Shown: positions 22,351 to 34,734 of the stretch, in pieces | How the letters are laid out: every line of letters starts with the position of its first letter | How positions within the stretch are numbered: the first letter of the stretch is position 1 | Assembly (NCBI GenBank): GCA_002269645.1 | Contig: NIVC01002202.1 | Coordinates: 1 to 64,000, forward strand | Source: Macrostomum lignano | Taxonomy: Eukaryota | Length of the DNA: 64,000 nt | Reading direction: 5' to 3' | Notes under the pieces: model-generated | What the model was told of the DNA's origin: nothing | Seen by the model: only the letters and a program-made list of their open reading frames with translations | Database searches by the model: none | Program-made: the position numbers and the translations under genes

Positions 22351-23964
22351 GAAGTATGAGAAAGCACAAGCAGAGCTTACCAAATGGACAAAGTGTTGTA
22401 TTAACTTTTGAATGCGTTAAGCTTCTTCTTCCTTCCGAGCAAAAGCAAGTCAGTGGCTCGTGCTTGATTATCTTTCAACCCCGACAAAGTTTTCGGACCA
22501 GAACTGGCTGTCTTGCCCAAAACTTCCTCGGGGTGGAGGCGACACACAGAGAGAACTGTAGAGTTCAGAAATACTGGCTGCTGCTGAGGTTTGGGAATTG
22601 GGTAAACTTTATTTAGAGAGAGAGAGGGGGGAGAGGGAGAGAGGGCGAGGGTAGGGCTGGGAGACACGAGAGCAGTCATGCCCCGGTGGGGACACGCACG
22701 GGAGGCCGGACGAATTTGCACTTCCCCCGTCCAATCCCGAAGCCCCTAATCCCCAGCTGATTAGGGGAGGATGTGGGCTCCTTCACGGGTGATGGACGGG
22801 CCGCCCCGGTATTGCTTAGCAAAGGATGCGTGAAGGCGACGCCCCATGGCCTCCCTCAGTTGGGAAGAGGAATGAAAGAAATGGGGCGAGGGTGAGGGAG
22901 GGTAAGAGGCGGGAAGAGTGTGTACACAAATCGGAGGAACCGCTTCGGGTATGGGGGTGGGGGATGGTTGGTCGGCGTCAGATTCAGGGGGAGAAAGAAC
23001 TTTCGGGAAGAGTGAAAACGGAAAGAAGGGGAAAAAGTCCCCAAAGAAGTTCATGAAGCCGCTATAGGCCGAGAGAAGGGAAGCGATGCAGAGCTATAGT
23101 GTTCCTCATTCGGTGTCGAGGGGAAGGAGAGCGGGGCAAAGAGAAGCTCTGGGGACGACGAGAGAGGATCGGGGACGAGTCTAAATCTTCAGCCTCGCCC
23201 TCCCCCCCAGGCCCAATTCGGATCACATGACCGGCTCCCGCATACTGCATAGTACTCGAACATTCGCTGGCACATGCACCAGAGTTCGGGTAAAATGAAT
23301 TGCCCAAAATCCAAGTGACTTTTCTTGTTGACTCCAAGGCAAGCCAGTTGCTTTTTTCGCTTCAGCGGATCAGGGAATTCCCGCGGGCATTCCAGTTGTC
23401 TGCTCTAATTAGCGAACTAATTGGAACCAGAGAGCTGTAAAGCATATTAAGGGGCTTTGGAAATTGAAGCATGTCCTTGAACTTCACTCGGTAGAAAATT
23501 GTTAGCTAAAAGTTCAACGTCTAGAATATTTGATCATGTTAACACGGAATTCTCATTTCAACACTTCTCCACATTTCGTTCCGAAAGTGTTGCTTCTAAT
23601 AGAGCTAAATAGCCATTAAGACCATTGTGCAAACTCAGCTCAGCTCTTTAGTTTGTTTAACCAATGATACGTGTAATTATACTACACCCAAACTGAGGTT
23701 CAGGAAACGGCATCAAGCGTTCAAGCTCGTTTACACCAACTGACTGATGCCCAAGGACCACTGTAGGATAGCGGGACGTGACACTCAAAGATCGTATAAT
23801 GTTTTTGGAGGCCAAATTCCTGGAAAAAATAGACTGCGGAGACAGCGAAAAATCTTTTTATTCATCACATAATCAATGATTTGCATTTGATCTAAGGCAG
23901 TGAAGATTACCATACTATATTGCATGTTACTCTACTGTGTTTTATGTAACTGTTTACTGAAACA

Positions 23965-24275
23965 TTCACGGGCCACATTCGGCCCGCGAAGCCTCGATCT
24001 CTATCCGACATTCGGGTCCTTCGAAACTTCACAATGGCAAATCCGACCCGCTTAAAGTCTCTTCTCAGCTCTCTTACCCCTCTCTCCCCCCTCTCTCTCT
24101 CTTCTCCTCTCTCCTCTCATCTTACGTATCTATATCTTCTCCTCTCCTCTCTCTTCTTTCCTCTTAATTATCTCTCTCATCTCTTCTCTTTATCCAATCT
24201 CTATTCTCTCTCCTTTCCTCTCATCTGGCCTGCAGCCATAAGCTAGGTTCTTTATCTTGCACGGCCCTTGAAGAG
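23965..24275. mobile_element. Second degenerate copy of the hAT-like CT-rich MITE seen at 3645-4253
   Basis: cacgggccacattcggcccgcgaagcc...CT-rich...ctcatctggcctgcagccataagctaggttctttatct parallels cctcatctgacccgtagccatgagctagattatttatct at 4207-4245. Confidence 0.45.
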
Positions 24276-24299
24276 CAAAAAAGTTTGCCGACCCATGCT

Positions 24300-24650
24300 T
24301 TGTATACATGACCGCGTCAGAGGGCGACGTCGAAACCGTTCTGCTTTACAACACCGAGGCCTGCATGCTGCGCGCCGCCTTCAAGACCGCGGCGACAAGC
24401 GAGTCACCAACGCGACAAATCTATCGTCGCGCCAACCTAAGGTCCGTTCAAGCGAACTATTGTGCCGTCAGCGGCTCCAGCTGACAACAGGCTACTCGTC
24501 GAGTTTTTCTGCCCACAAACGATGCAGGAGGTGCTGCTGCTTGACGCTGCAGGCAACCATACCAGAGAGGACAGGTGGTCTTTGTCAACTACATGCACAT
24601 GTGCAACCCGGACTAGGTCGGTGGCGCGGCCTATTTTGTGCCCTAGCACA
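24300..24650 (+). mobile_element. Decayed RTE-like LINE 3' fragment (same family as 12200-12450)
   Basis: VETVLLYNTE...MLRAAF...IYRRANL, frameshift, LCRQRLQL, then EFFCPQTMQEVLL, LTLQ. Confidence 0.6.
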
Positions 24651-25065
24651 GAAGCGCGCCCTCTGACTCTTCTTTTTTAAAGAAATTACTGAAAGCGTAT
24701 TTTGCTGTGTTGTTTTTGCCAGTTGCTGTTTTATATTTCGCACTGCAGTAGCGCATTTTCATGTAGAATAATTTTATGACTGAATTTGATACGAAGCTCA
24801 GCAGCTTGCACGGTTAGGGCGAGAAGTGAAGTCGGTATGAATGTGTGGATTATGATGAGACTGCAAGTAAAATCGTCAATGTGTGACGCACCACAGATCA
24901 CAAACTATACGCTCGTAGTCAGAAATTGAAAAAAGATAACCGCCAGTCAGTCCTTTACTATAGAGCCTTTGGCAGAGCGATTTACGTCACAGCTCACTAC
25001 ACTGCAAATGACGCAAGGTTTTCCAACTCATGCTCCGGTGCACTGGGTCAGGATGGCGATTTTCA

Positions 25066-25221
25066 TTGTCGGCTGATTTTCCATGCAAGAATGGCATTCT
25101 TGCACTCTTTTGCGTGCAGGAATGGATGTCTATGGTAAAATCTCACTGAAAAAGCATTAGGCGCAGAAATGCATTCCTGCACGGTTTTGTGCATTCCTGC
25201 ACGATGAATCATCCGACAATG
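25066..25221. mobile_element. Foldback/MITE-like inverted repeat
   Basis: cattgtcggctgattttccatgcaagaatg (from 25066) is an imperfect reverse complement of cattcctgcacgatgaatcatccgacaatg (ending 25221). Confidence 0.5.
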
Positions 25222-26868
25222 GAATTCCTTCACGTTCACTCGTGCGTGAAGGACATCGTGCACTCGTGCGCTAGCGCGCACTCGTGCAGATGTCATTCCC
25301 GCACTCGTGACCGTGCAGGAATATACCAATGTTGCTGAGTTATATGAGTTTCAGCAGTGCTAATATCAGAACAACGAAAATGTGTAAATGCCAAATAATA
25401 ATTACATGTAAGAGTTTAAAAAACTTTCACTGTTTTTGTCATATAAAATAGCAGAAATAATTAACACTAGAAGCCATCTGATTTAGTGAAGATGTTTTTT
25501 GATTTATGTAATTTTGTTTTTCAGGGTATGATAATAACTTTCGGATAACTGATTCGTTGAGTTTCAAAGAAAGCGCAAAGAAAGAAGGCTTTGGTTTTCA
25601 CTAGAACTGCTTGCAAGATAAAAAGTCACATAGGCCCTAGTCTGTAGGACTACTTCAGAATCATATGTCTTAAGTCTAACCCTTTATATTAGAATTTTAT
25701 CATCTCTGAGTGTCAATGGATGGTGCATGGCATTTGTTCGGGGTTTTTTTAAGAACATTAGACCTGGGCTGGGCCTATTTTATTTATATATTCTTTTGCC
25801 ATCGATCACGTCAGGTGGAAACTCCAGTTGCACAAATGATTAATCATTTTCCAGATAAGTGCAATATGAAGCAAATCAGCAAAGAGTTAATACTAGGCCT
25901 AGCCAGCCCTGGGGCCTGGTCTAGGTGCTAGTTAGTAAATAAAGTCGAAATAAAGTTGTATTTCAGCATTTTTATAAATTCCAAGCCTAAGAAAAAGCTT
26001 CTTGCAATAAATTAGACGAATTTTCTATCTAATATAGCCATAGCCATAGGCCTAGGTTACATTGCCTAGGTTAGAATTAATTGTTACTTTGTAAACAGAA
26101 TTATTGCCTATTAATTGCTCATTAGATTAAAAGTCATTAGAAATTAATAGATAGGCCTAACTAGCCTAGCCTAAAAGTGCAGAAATACAAAGTTGGCTAT
26201 TGTAAGCTCTGGAAAAGTGCTTACATTGAAGTGAAAAATAATGGCCTCCCCTTGTCTTAACTGGGCTGGGCTATCTAGCCAGACTAGCTCTACACTAAAT
26301 GATAGGCCTAGATAACAAAGCTGAGGTTTGAAGGCCAAGCTAGCAGCCTGCAAAGGCATGACATAGTAGACTTGTAGATAAAACTTGTATTCTAAAAATT
26401 TTATCAGAAGAAGTAAATACTTAGACTTATACTCAGACCCTATTCTAAGATCTATGCTCAGAAATTAATTATAGTTTAGCACAACTTTGGTAACAGTGAT
26501 TAAGATGTTAAGAAAGAGGTTTAGCCCCATTCGATGAGAGAACCAGAATGCCTATGACACCTTGGTGGCATAACAGTGGGATTTCCTTTAGTATAGGAAA
26601 AGGAAACAGCACTGTGACACTTTGATTGAAAAATCTGACAAAACTTAATTATTTTAATTTATAATAATTATTATTAAAGGCCTTGATTATTAAAAAAACC
26701 TAATGTTTGTTGGTTTATAATTGATTAATTAACGCCTTAAAATATCTTAACCCATTTTCATGAAACTTATAAGTCTACTATTTAATTCGAAAATTAAGAC
26801 TTAATATTTGTACAGATTAAGAAATGTTTCATGCTAAGGGGGTTAAATATTTAAAAAACCTATTTTTA

Positions 26869-27840
26869 CAAGGGGTGTCCAAAAAGTAGTGATACTTTTA
26901 ACCATAGTTCTGGTTCTATAGCTTCCTGTGATTTAAAATTTTATGAACTGATAGCAGAAAATCTCTTCTACAAACTGCTTTTTGAATTTTTAAAATTGAT
27001 ACCAGAGAACAAAAGTTATACCCACGAAAATAACAGTACCTATACCATAGAGTTACACAAATTTTATGAAAATTTATAATAGTTGACTTCTGCACTCATT
27101 CATTAAGAAGGCATTGATAAATGTCTTGTTTAAGCAATACAATTGCAAAATGATGCTCATTGTGACTGACTGGAATTTGTCTATGGATGGAATCATGCGC
27201 AGAAAAATAAAGCATTAAATTCATTACTTTACTTGCAAACAGAGGAGCTTGCATTTTGCGATTTGTTCATGATTTTATTGCCCATACTCGACAACACATG
27301 GATGTGCACTCAGTTGTTGCTCAGCAAAGTACCATCTTCACTCTTTGGGGTGCTGGCCATAGTGCCTCAGAAATTCACGCAAAACTTTGCTCTGCGCATG
27401 GATCCTCTGCGGTCAGCAAAATGACAGTTTATCAATGGATTGAGCAGTTAAGCAAGGGAAGGACTGACTTGGCAGATCAGCATCAGACAGGGCAGCCATA
27501 CGTTCATCAACCTGATGTACTAGCGACTCCATTCTGGATCTTCTTGACCTTTAGAGAGATCGCTGACACTCTGATAGGTTAGACATGCTGAAATCAACAA
27601 TTCATTGAAGCTTACTCGGCATGTATCTTGTGAAGCTCAGCCTATAATTTGTGTAACTCTATGGTACAGGTACTGTTACTTTCATGAGTATAACTTTTGT
27701 TCTCTGGTATCAATTTTAAAAATTCAAAAAGCAGTCTGTAGAAGAGATTTTCTGCTATCAGTTCATAAAATTTTAAATCACAGGAAGCTATAGAACAAGA
27801 GCTATGGTTAAAAGTATCACTACTTTTTGGACACCCCTCA
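26869..27840 (+). mobile_element. Internally deleted, non-autonomous Tc1/mariner transposon with 195-bp TIRs and TA target duplication
   Basis: TA|caaggggtgtccaaaaagt ... actttttggacacccctca|TA. TIRs 26869-27063 and 27646-27840 are near-identical inverted copies. The interior encodes a mariner N-terminal HTH remnant. Confidence 0.92.
27298..27500 (+). pseudogene. Mariner transposase N-terminal HTH remnant (no catalytic domain)
   Basis: TIFTLWGAGHSASEIHAKLCSAHGSSAVSKMTVYQWIEQLSKGRTDLADQHQTGQP matches the mariner HTH pattern G.SA.EIH..L...YG..A.S..TV..W...F..GR.DL.D..RSGRP. Confidence 0.82.
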
Positions 27841-28487
27841 TATAATGCTCTGAATAAATAGATAATCATTATTTATAATATTGACTTTTTTAATTTTGAC
27901 TATAACAAAGATTACATCATAACTACCTTTTTGCTTATCATTAGTAACAAGTTGATTGGCTAAATTGTAACTTTTACTTTTATTTGAATTGCATAATCAC
28001 TATAGTCACAAGATTTTCCTTGGTATATGGCAGTAAAATATGAGCCACACCTATATTGGATCCTAAAAGATATAAACCTATATTTTAAGTCAAATAGAAT
28101 TAAAATTTTGTATACCAGTATGAGTTTAAATCTATGATTGGCTATCATTTTAGACAATATTTATACAATTACTATATTATTATTATCCATTAATGTAATT
28201 TAAATAATAAAAATGTTTCAATTTTGACAGTGCATAAAGCATAAGGTTTAATTATAAGCTAACAAATAATGACTGCATTTTTGTGAAGCCATAATTTAAT
28301 CTAGTAATACGTAAAAAATGAATGACCTTTCCATTGATTATATTTTCGGCTTGATCAGATAGTTTTTTATTTATTTCATGGCATCCCAGTTTGCTGCATC
28401 CCACCAGAAAGTGAAGAAGTAGATCCAGTAGCATCCTTGAAATCTCAGCAAACCAGGCGGGCGGTCTCGCTTTTGCCCAAGGAGTTG

Positions 28488-29507
28488 ATGGACTCATCTG
28501 AGCAGCTGCAGCAGGCTGGGGACGAGCTTGACGATCGCAGCGACTCGCTGCCGGAGCCACCGCTGGAGGCGCCGACGCGTCCAGAACCAGCAGCATCAGC
28601 CGACGAAGATGAAGACAAGCAGCTGGCCCTGCTTAAGACCATCGACGTGGAGGACATCCACACGGAGGTGGCCGGCAAGACCAGCCGCGGCGCCATCCGG
28701 CGCATCGCCCGCGCCTCCAGCTGCGAGGCGCCAACGCCGGCTGCCCTGGCAGCAGCAGCAGAGGCCGCATCCGAAGATGATGAAGATGACGAAGACAAAG
28801 AAGCCAATGAAGAGCTGGGGACGGCAACGGCGGCGGCTGAGACTGACAAGCCGTCAGCATCCGAGCCGGGCTCGAACTCGAGACCAGCCGCTGCTGTTGC
28901 CGAAGACAGCATCGCAGCCGGCGTGACGGCGCTGCTGCTTAACGAAGCTGAGCAGCAGCAACAGCAAAAGCAACAGCAGGATGATGTAGAGGAGACGCTG
29001 ACAGCAGAATGGAGAACAGCTGATCGGCACGTGTTTGTCATGAGCCGTTCAGGCAAGCCGATCTTTAGTCGGCATGGCAACGAAGAGAAGCTGGTGACTC
29101 ACATGGGCGTCATGACCGCCCTGGTGTCAGTAGTTGAGGACTCAGACGATCAGGTGCATTGGTTCGAATCCGCTGATCGCAGATTCGTATTCCTAGCCAA
29201 GGAGTTCCTCATTCTCGTGTGCATCTGCCGGTCGGCCGAGTCGCCTACTCAACTGCTGCTCCAGCTCAACTATTTATACAATCAGATCCTCAGCCTGCTC
29301 ACCTTCACTGTGCTCAAGCGGGCATTTCGCAAGTCTAATTACGATCTGCGCCATTTGCTACCAGATGCGGACAGGTTCTTGACCGGCCTGCTGCAGTTCA
29401 TGGAGCGGGACATCGGGCCCCTGCTGGGCGCAGTCCAGTGCCTGCCACTGCCCAAGTCTACCAGAGACGCTGTCGGCGATGCCATCTGCTCTGGAGCTCG
29501 GGTTAAG
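28488..29507 (+). CDS. MON1: Vacuolar fusion protein MON1 (Rab7 GEF subunit), exon 1 of 4; start ATG at 28488 inferred
   Basis: Acidic low-complexity N-terminus, then RHVFVMSRSGKPIFSRHGNEE...LNYLYNQILSLLT...NYDLRHLL (first longin domain). Donor aag|gtaaaa. Confidence 0.92.
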
Positions 29508-29564
29508 GTAAAAATCTGGATTTTTTAAGGAGATGGGAATAATGATTGAATTGAATACCGCTGC

Positions 29565-29728
29565 CCTGATTGCCCTGATTGATTGTCGCCACACCTGCAG
29601 CTGGGTGAACTGGAGCAATGCAGAGTTAAGTGGTCTTCTTGCTTAAGGACACAAATTGTTTAAGTGGTATCCGGAATCGAACCCCCGACCTTCACGTCAT
29701 GAGTCCGACGCTCTGACCACTGGGCTAC
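29565..29728 (-). mobile_element. tRNA-derived SINE, copy 1 (MON1 intron 1)
   Basis: Minus strand GTAGCCCAGTGGTCAGAGCG (A box)...GGGTTCGATTCC (B box), then GTGTCCTTAAGCAAG...CACTTAAC (CORE-like) and CACCCAGCTG. Confidence 0.82.
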
Positions 29729-30892
29729 AAACCCTAGACACATTAGACACATTATAGAGTAATCCAATAGAGAATTAAGCAACTCCAAGCCAATCAAAAT
29801 ACAAATATTGAAAAATTTATGTTTTTTTAAAATCAATTTTCTTTATTTGAGGAATGAGATCGCGAAAATGCCGCCTATCGATACATATCGTCATCTTGTA
29901 GTTTCTTTAGTAGAAGGACCTACTGCATGCACTTTGAAATTGTGATGAAAATTTCAATGTGGAGACAGTTTTCCAGTGTACTTTAATGACTAATTAGTGT
30001 TAGTGGCACTTCAATATGATCAACTTTAAAATAGGGTCCGCGTGCTTCCAGTTTTCATTGCGGTATTTTCTCATTTTTCTGTACTGCACTGCCAAAGATT
30101 GCAAATTAAAATAAAATAAAATTTTACTACTAGTAGCATATAAAGTATATTTGCTTTATTTTTTATTATAGTCCATATATTACCCTATATATTTATGCTA
30201 AGAGTAAAACAGTTAATAGAATTTCATTATTGCTAATTTCGTGAATGCAATATTTCGCTATTTCTACTGTAAGTAAAGTACCTAGAAGTTGCAAGCAATT
30301 AACAAAAAAACAAGTGAATCGACAAGGTCAGTTCATGGGCTGTTACTAAAATTTGTTATTGTCATTAAGAAATCATAAAAAATATATTCATTAATTCGTT
30401 AACTCGCTTCCAGAATCGTCGCAATCCGGTAAGTATTAGGTGATTGTTTGTTTGTTTGTTTCATCTCTTTTTGTGTGTCTTCTGTGTGTCTTCTGGTTCA
30501 ATTTTAACATTCTATCATTAATGCGCTTCATTGGTGGTTTGTTTTACAGTAGCTGCTATTGTTTACCCACTTTGTTGTGCCTAGTTTTTATTTATTTGGT
30601 TTAATAGTTAAAATATCCTGCTCACCAGTACTAATAATTAATAATTTAGTAGTTGAAAAACTGTTCTATACGTCTAGCGACGATAATTTTAAGTGGTTTT
30701 TAAGACTCAGTTTTGGGGAATTCTAGCCTTTTTAATTGGTTACAAATTGGCTCTCCCTTGCTGTTATAACTTTAGAATATTGGTAACAATCTCACAATTA
30801 GACAATTATTCAAGGTGACGATGGGAATCTCTATGCTAGAGAGTGAGAATCTCAGGGTGAGGCACTGAGAATCTAGCCCCCATCACTCGCAG

Positions 30893-31183
30893 GATCTGGT
30901 GTTCGGCATCCTGCTGAGCGGCACCAAGCTGGTGAGCCTGGTGCACATGAAGCGGCAGTACCTGCACCCGTTGGACATGCATTTGATTATCAATTTGATT
31001 AACTGCACCGAGTCCTTCAAGACCAGTCAGGCCTGGACTCCGATTTGTCTGCCGAAGTTCGACGCCAGCGGCAACCTGTACGCCTACGTGTGCTTTCTCG
31101 ACGAGGAGCTTTGCTTGGTGCTGCTAACTGTTGACGGCAACAGCTTTGACGCTTTGGCCGAGGCCAAGAATAAAATACTTGAG
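30893..31183 (+). CDS. MON1: MON1, exon 2 of 4
   Basis: cgcag|gat ctg gtg ttc gives DLVFGILL...LHPLDMHLIINLI...QAWTPICLPKFDASGNLYAYV. Donor gag|gtaaat. Confidence 0.95.
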
Positions 31184-31204
31184 GTAAATACACTTCGGTT
31201 GGGC

Positions 31205-31580
31205 TTAATCAATGGGATCTGTGCATTACTTGGGATGTTTTAGTCAATGGGATCTGTGAAATCAGTGGGGAGTTTTTAGTCAATGGGATCTGTGCAATCA
31301 GTGGGGAAGTTTTAGTCAATGGGATCTGTGAAATCAGTGGGTAGTTTTTAGTCAATGGGATCTGTGAAATCAGTGGGGAGTTTTTAGTCAATGGGATCTG
31401 TGCAATCAGTGGGGAAGTTTTAGTCAATGGGATCTGTGAAATCAGTGGGGAGTTTTTAGTCAATGGGATCTGTGAAATCTGGAGATTTTTTAGTCAATGG
31501 GATCTGTGCATCAGTGGGGATTTTTAGTCAATGGGATCTGTGCATCAGTGGGGATTTTTAGTCAATGGGGTCTGTGCAAG
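31205..31580. repeat. 36-bp minisatellite GTCAATGGGATCTGTGAAATCAGTGGGGAGTTTTTA in MON1 intron 2
   Basis: Direct periodicity; 12-aa repeat in the spurious ORF. Confidence 0.95.
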
Positions 31581-31708
31581 ACCAATCTGATAAAACGTTG
31601 AATTGGAAACTGCTAAATTAGTCGTTAAAGTTTCCAACCTACTAACAGTACTAACAGTAGTGTTTTGGCTTGTCAGTAGCAAATTTTATTTCACTCCTTC
31701 GCACGCAG

Positions 31709-31990
31709 AAGCTGCAGAAGGCCAATTGTCTGGCCCAGATTCGCGAGAGCGCCGTTGCCGGCCAGTGGACCCTGGCGCAGACCGGGGCGGAGGAGGTGCG
31801 CCATTTCGTGTACAAAATCAAGCTGGCTGGTCAGTACTTCTCGCCGCAGATGGGCGACCCGTTTGGCCAGCCTGAGGACCAGCAGCGCGTCATGGCGCTT
31901 TACCAGCGGATGCACGCCCTGCTGCATCGGCGGACCAGGCCGCTTAAGCTGGTGTATCACACCAACCAGCTGGCATCCGTGATGGGCTGG
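31709..31990 (+). CDS. MON1: MON1, exon 3 of 4
   Basis: acgcag|aag ctg; VRHFVYKIKLAGQYFSP...LYQRMHALLHRRTRPLKLVY...MGW. Donor tgg|gtgagc. Confidence 0.93.
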
Positions 31991-32024
31991 GTGAGCCTGT
32001 TTGACATCTCACTAACAAATAATA

Positions 32025-32490
32025 CACTTCTGACATCCCGCTGACAGATACCCCTGACATCCCTCTGACATACCCCTGACATCCTGCTGTCAGATACCCT
32101 CGACAACCCTTTTACAGGTACTCCTGATATCCCTCTGACATACTCCTGACATCCCGCTGCCAGATACCCCTGACATCCCTCTGACATACTCCTGACATCC
32201 CGCTGTCAGATACCTCTGACAACCCGCTGACATACCCCTGACAACCCGCTGTCAGATACCCCTGACAACCCGCTGTCAGATACCCCTGACAACCCGCTGT
32301 CAGATACCCCTGACAACCCGCTGTCAGATACCCCTGACAACCCGCTGACATACCCCTGACAACCCGCTGTCAGATTCCCCTGACATCCCGCTGACATACC
32401 CCTGACAACCCGCTGTCAGATACCCCTGACAACCCGCTGACATACCCCTGACAACCCGCTGCCAGATACCCCTGACATCCCGCTGACAGC
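32025..32490. repeat. About 24-bp minisatellite CAGATACCCCTGACAACCCGCTGT in MON1 intron 3
   Basis: Direct periodicity; 8-aa repeat in the spurious ORF. Confidence 0.95.
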
Positions 32491-32555
32491 TTCCCATAGC
32501 AACTGATGGCGGCACTCCGCTAAGCACTCAACATCCTATCAATTCTCGTTGCCAG

Positions 32556-32696
32556 ATCACCGAAGAGTTCGAGCTGTACGCAGCCTTCAGCCCGCTGGCC
32601 AGCAAGCGGTCGGCCATCCAGTCGGTGAACCGGGTGCTTAAATGGCTTGGCAGGGAGCGGGACCGCCTCTTCTGCTTGTCGTCTCCGTCTTTCTGA
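32556..32696 (+). CDS. MON1: MON1, exon 4 of 4
   Basis: gccag|atc acc gaa gives ITEEFELYAAFSPLASKRSAIQSVNRVLKWLGRERDRLFCLSSPSF*, matching the MON1 C-terminus (FELY..FSPL..K......WI..EE..LF). Confidence 0.93.
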   Translation: MTEEFELYAAFSPLASKRSAIQSVNRVLKWLGRERDRLFCLSSPSF

Positions 32697-33204
32697 TCTC
32701 ATCTGGTCCGATGCCTTGGCTGTACCGCCGAATTCAGGGCTAGAAAGAATTTCAGTTATTGCTGTTATTAGTTATTTATGATAGTAATATCTTTTTTAAT
32801 TGAGTTTTTAGATGTCTGTGTACTCTATTTATATATTTCTGTGTGTGGCGTTGATTTAAAAGGTTATTCTTCTGTTTATTAATGAGAAAAAAAGTCAGAT
32901 ATTCCGTTTGTAATTTCCATGCTTTCAATGGCGTTAATGGGATCATTTCTGGTGGTGCCTCTGATTAAATTATTGGCATTGTAAATATCATTGACATAAT
33001 TATGCCGAAGTCACACCACCACCAATGCTACATTCTGTATGAGGCTGGAATGGGGTGTGACCGTAGACTATTTTATTCCTGAGCGAATTAAAAAGATAAT
33101 AAAAAATTAGGGGGCACTAAATACGCGCCAAGTAATAAAGTGCTTGAAAATAATTTTTCGCTTGTTGTTTATGGTAATTAACTGAATATTTCCTATTTGC
33201 TGGC

Positions 33205-33645
33205 CAAGGGTAGTGAAGTCGGGTGGGGGGTTGGCCGTGGTAGAAAAGTGGGTTTGTCGGGGTAGTAAAGTGGGGTTTGGCCTGGGTAGGAAGTAGGGGT
33301 TTGTCAGAGTAGTAAATTAAGGGTTTGCCAGGTTAGTAAAGTGGGGGAGGGGTTGGCCGGGGTAGGAAAGGGGGGTTAGTCGTGGTAGTATAGTGGGGGT
33401 TACCCAGGGTAGTCAAGTGGGGGGTTGTCTGGGGTAGGAAAGTGGGGGGGCTGGCCGGGGTAGGAAAGGGGGGTTGGCTGGTAGTAAAGTGGGGGGGGGT
33501 AGGAAATGGGGGTTGGCCTTGGTATGAAAAAGGGGGTTGTCTGGGGTAGGAAAATGGGGGGGGCTGGCCGGGGTTAGGAAAGTGGCTTGACCGGGCTAGG
33601 AAAGGGTGGTTATCCGGGGTAATAAAGTGGGGTTTGGCCTGGGTG
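33205..33645. repeat. Degenerate G-rich minisatellite (GGGGTAGGAAAGTGGGGGGTTGGCC-like)
   Basis: Recurring G-tracts separated by taggaaa/ttggcc. Confidence 0.8.
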
Positions 33646-34734
33646 GTAAAAAATTATCAAATTCTTTTGAAGCACACCGAATTTATGCCAAATTGGATGA
33701 CAAGGTGCTCTGAAAATTGCCAAACAATCAATAACGATAAGGTCTGATTCCAATTAATTTATCTGACAAAACGCTCGCAGCCTACTAGGTTTAGCAGGAG
33801 TGCCATTAGCATAGTTACATCAAGTGCATTAATTCAATGTTGAGTGGCTCTGTTGATATCTAGTTAAGCATATAATTCCAAAAAGATATAATGAAATACT
33901 CACCTGCATACTCCTCAATATTTGCCAAATAGTGTCACTTCAGCTAGTAGTTAACAACCTGACTTAATAACTTGTGTATTTTATTGCAATTTCCACCAAG
34001 TTAGTAAAGCAATGGTTACGGTACATATTATATGCATAATTCATCTGTTTTGGCGGCCTTTCAACCTGTGATTAAACTGTAATTATGCTTACAGATTTAG
34101 TCATTACGAACATGCATGTGTTTACTTAGTTTTTGTTTTCGTAATGACTTCTGTTAGTTATACAATTGTGCTTTTTCTTCTATAAAAATCTTCCTCTCAA
34201 CATGGATATACAGACTACAGTCAGTGTACAGGGATTGCTAAAATTGTGCCTTAGTTTAATATAATTTCGATACATATCGGTAGCTAGCAAATTATTGAAA
34301 AATTCAGAAAAATTTAGCAGGTTAAATTAAACCAATCTATCTAATGATTTATAATCTTGGATTTTACACAGGTAAAGTTTCTTTTAAGCAATTCCTAGCT
34401 CGGATGGCCTGTGCTACTACTGATTTAATAAGTAGTAGAGCTACTTGTGTTATCTTTTTTCCTATCATAATTATACCTAACCTTGTCAGGCCTGGTCTAT
34501 TTCTAGTTCCCAGAGTGCTTACCGAAAAATTCCCATACTCTATCTGGATTATTAAATCAGTTGTGCTGGCTCCCGTGAGCGCATGTAAGATTCCAACACT
34601 TATCTGACAATAAATGACAACTGAATGCCAATTTGATTCATTTTCGGAAAGTTGCGTGTTTAGCACAGGAAGAATGCAAATATAAAAAAATTTTAGTAGT
34701 GTATCTTGGTTTACCTGTTCTTTGGGCTGATTGT

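Noticed and set aside
28437-28487. TTG-initiated extension of MON1
   Set aside because: An AG acceptor at 28447-28448 precedes the first ATG (28488); more likely a UTR or splice/trans-splice acceptor region.
29660-29728. Possible tRNA gene (also at 49695-49765)
   Set aside because: A and B boxes are present, but no acceptor stem closes and both continue into a shared SINE body, so they are called SINE heads.
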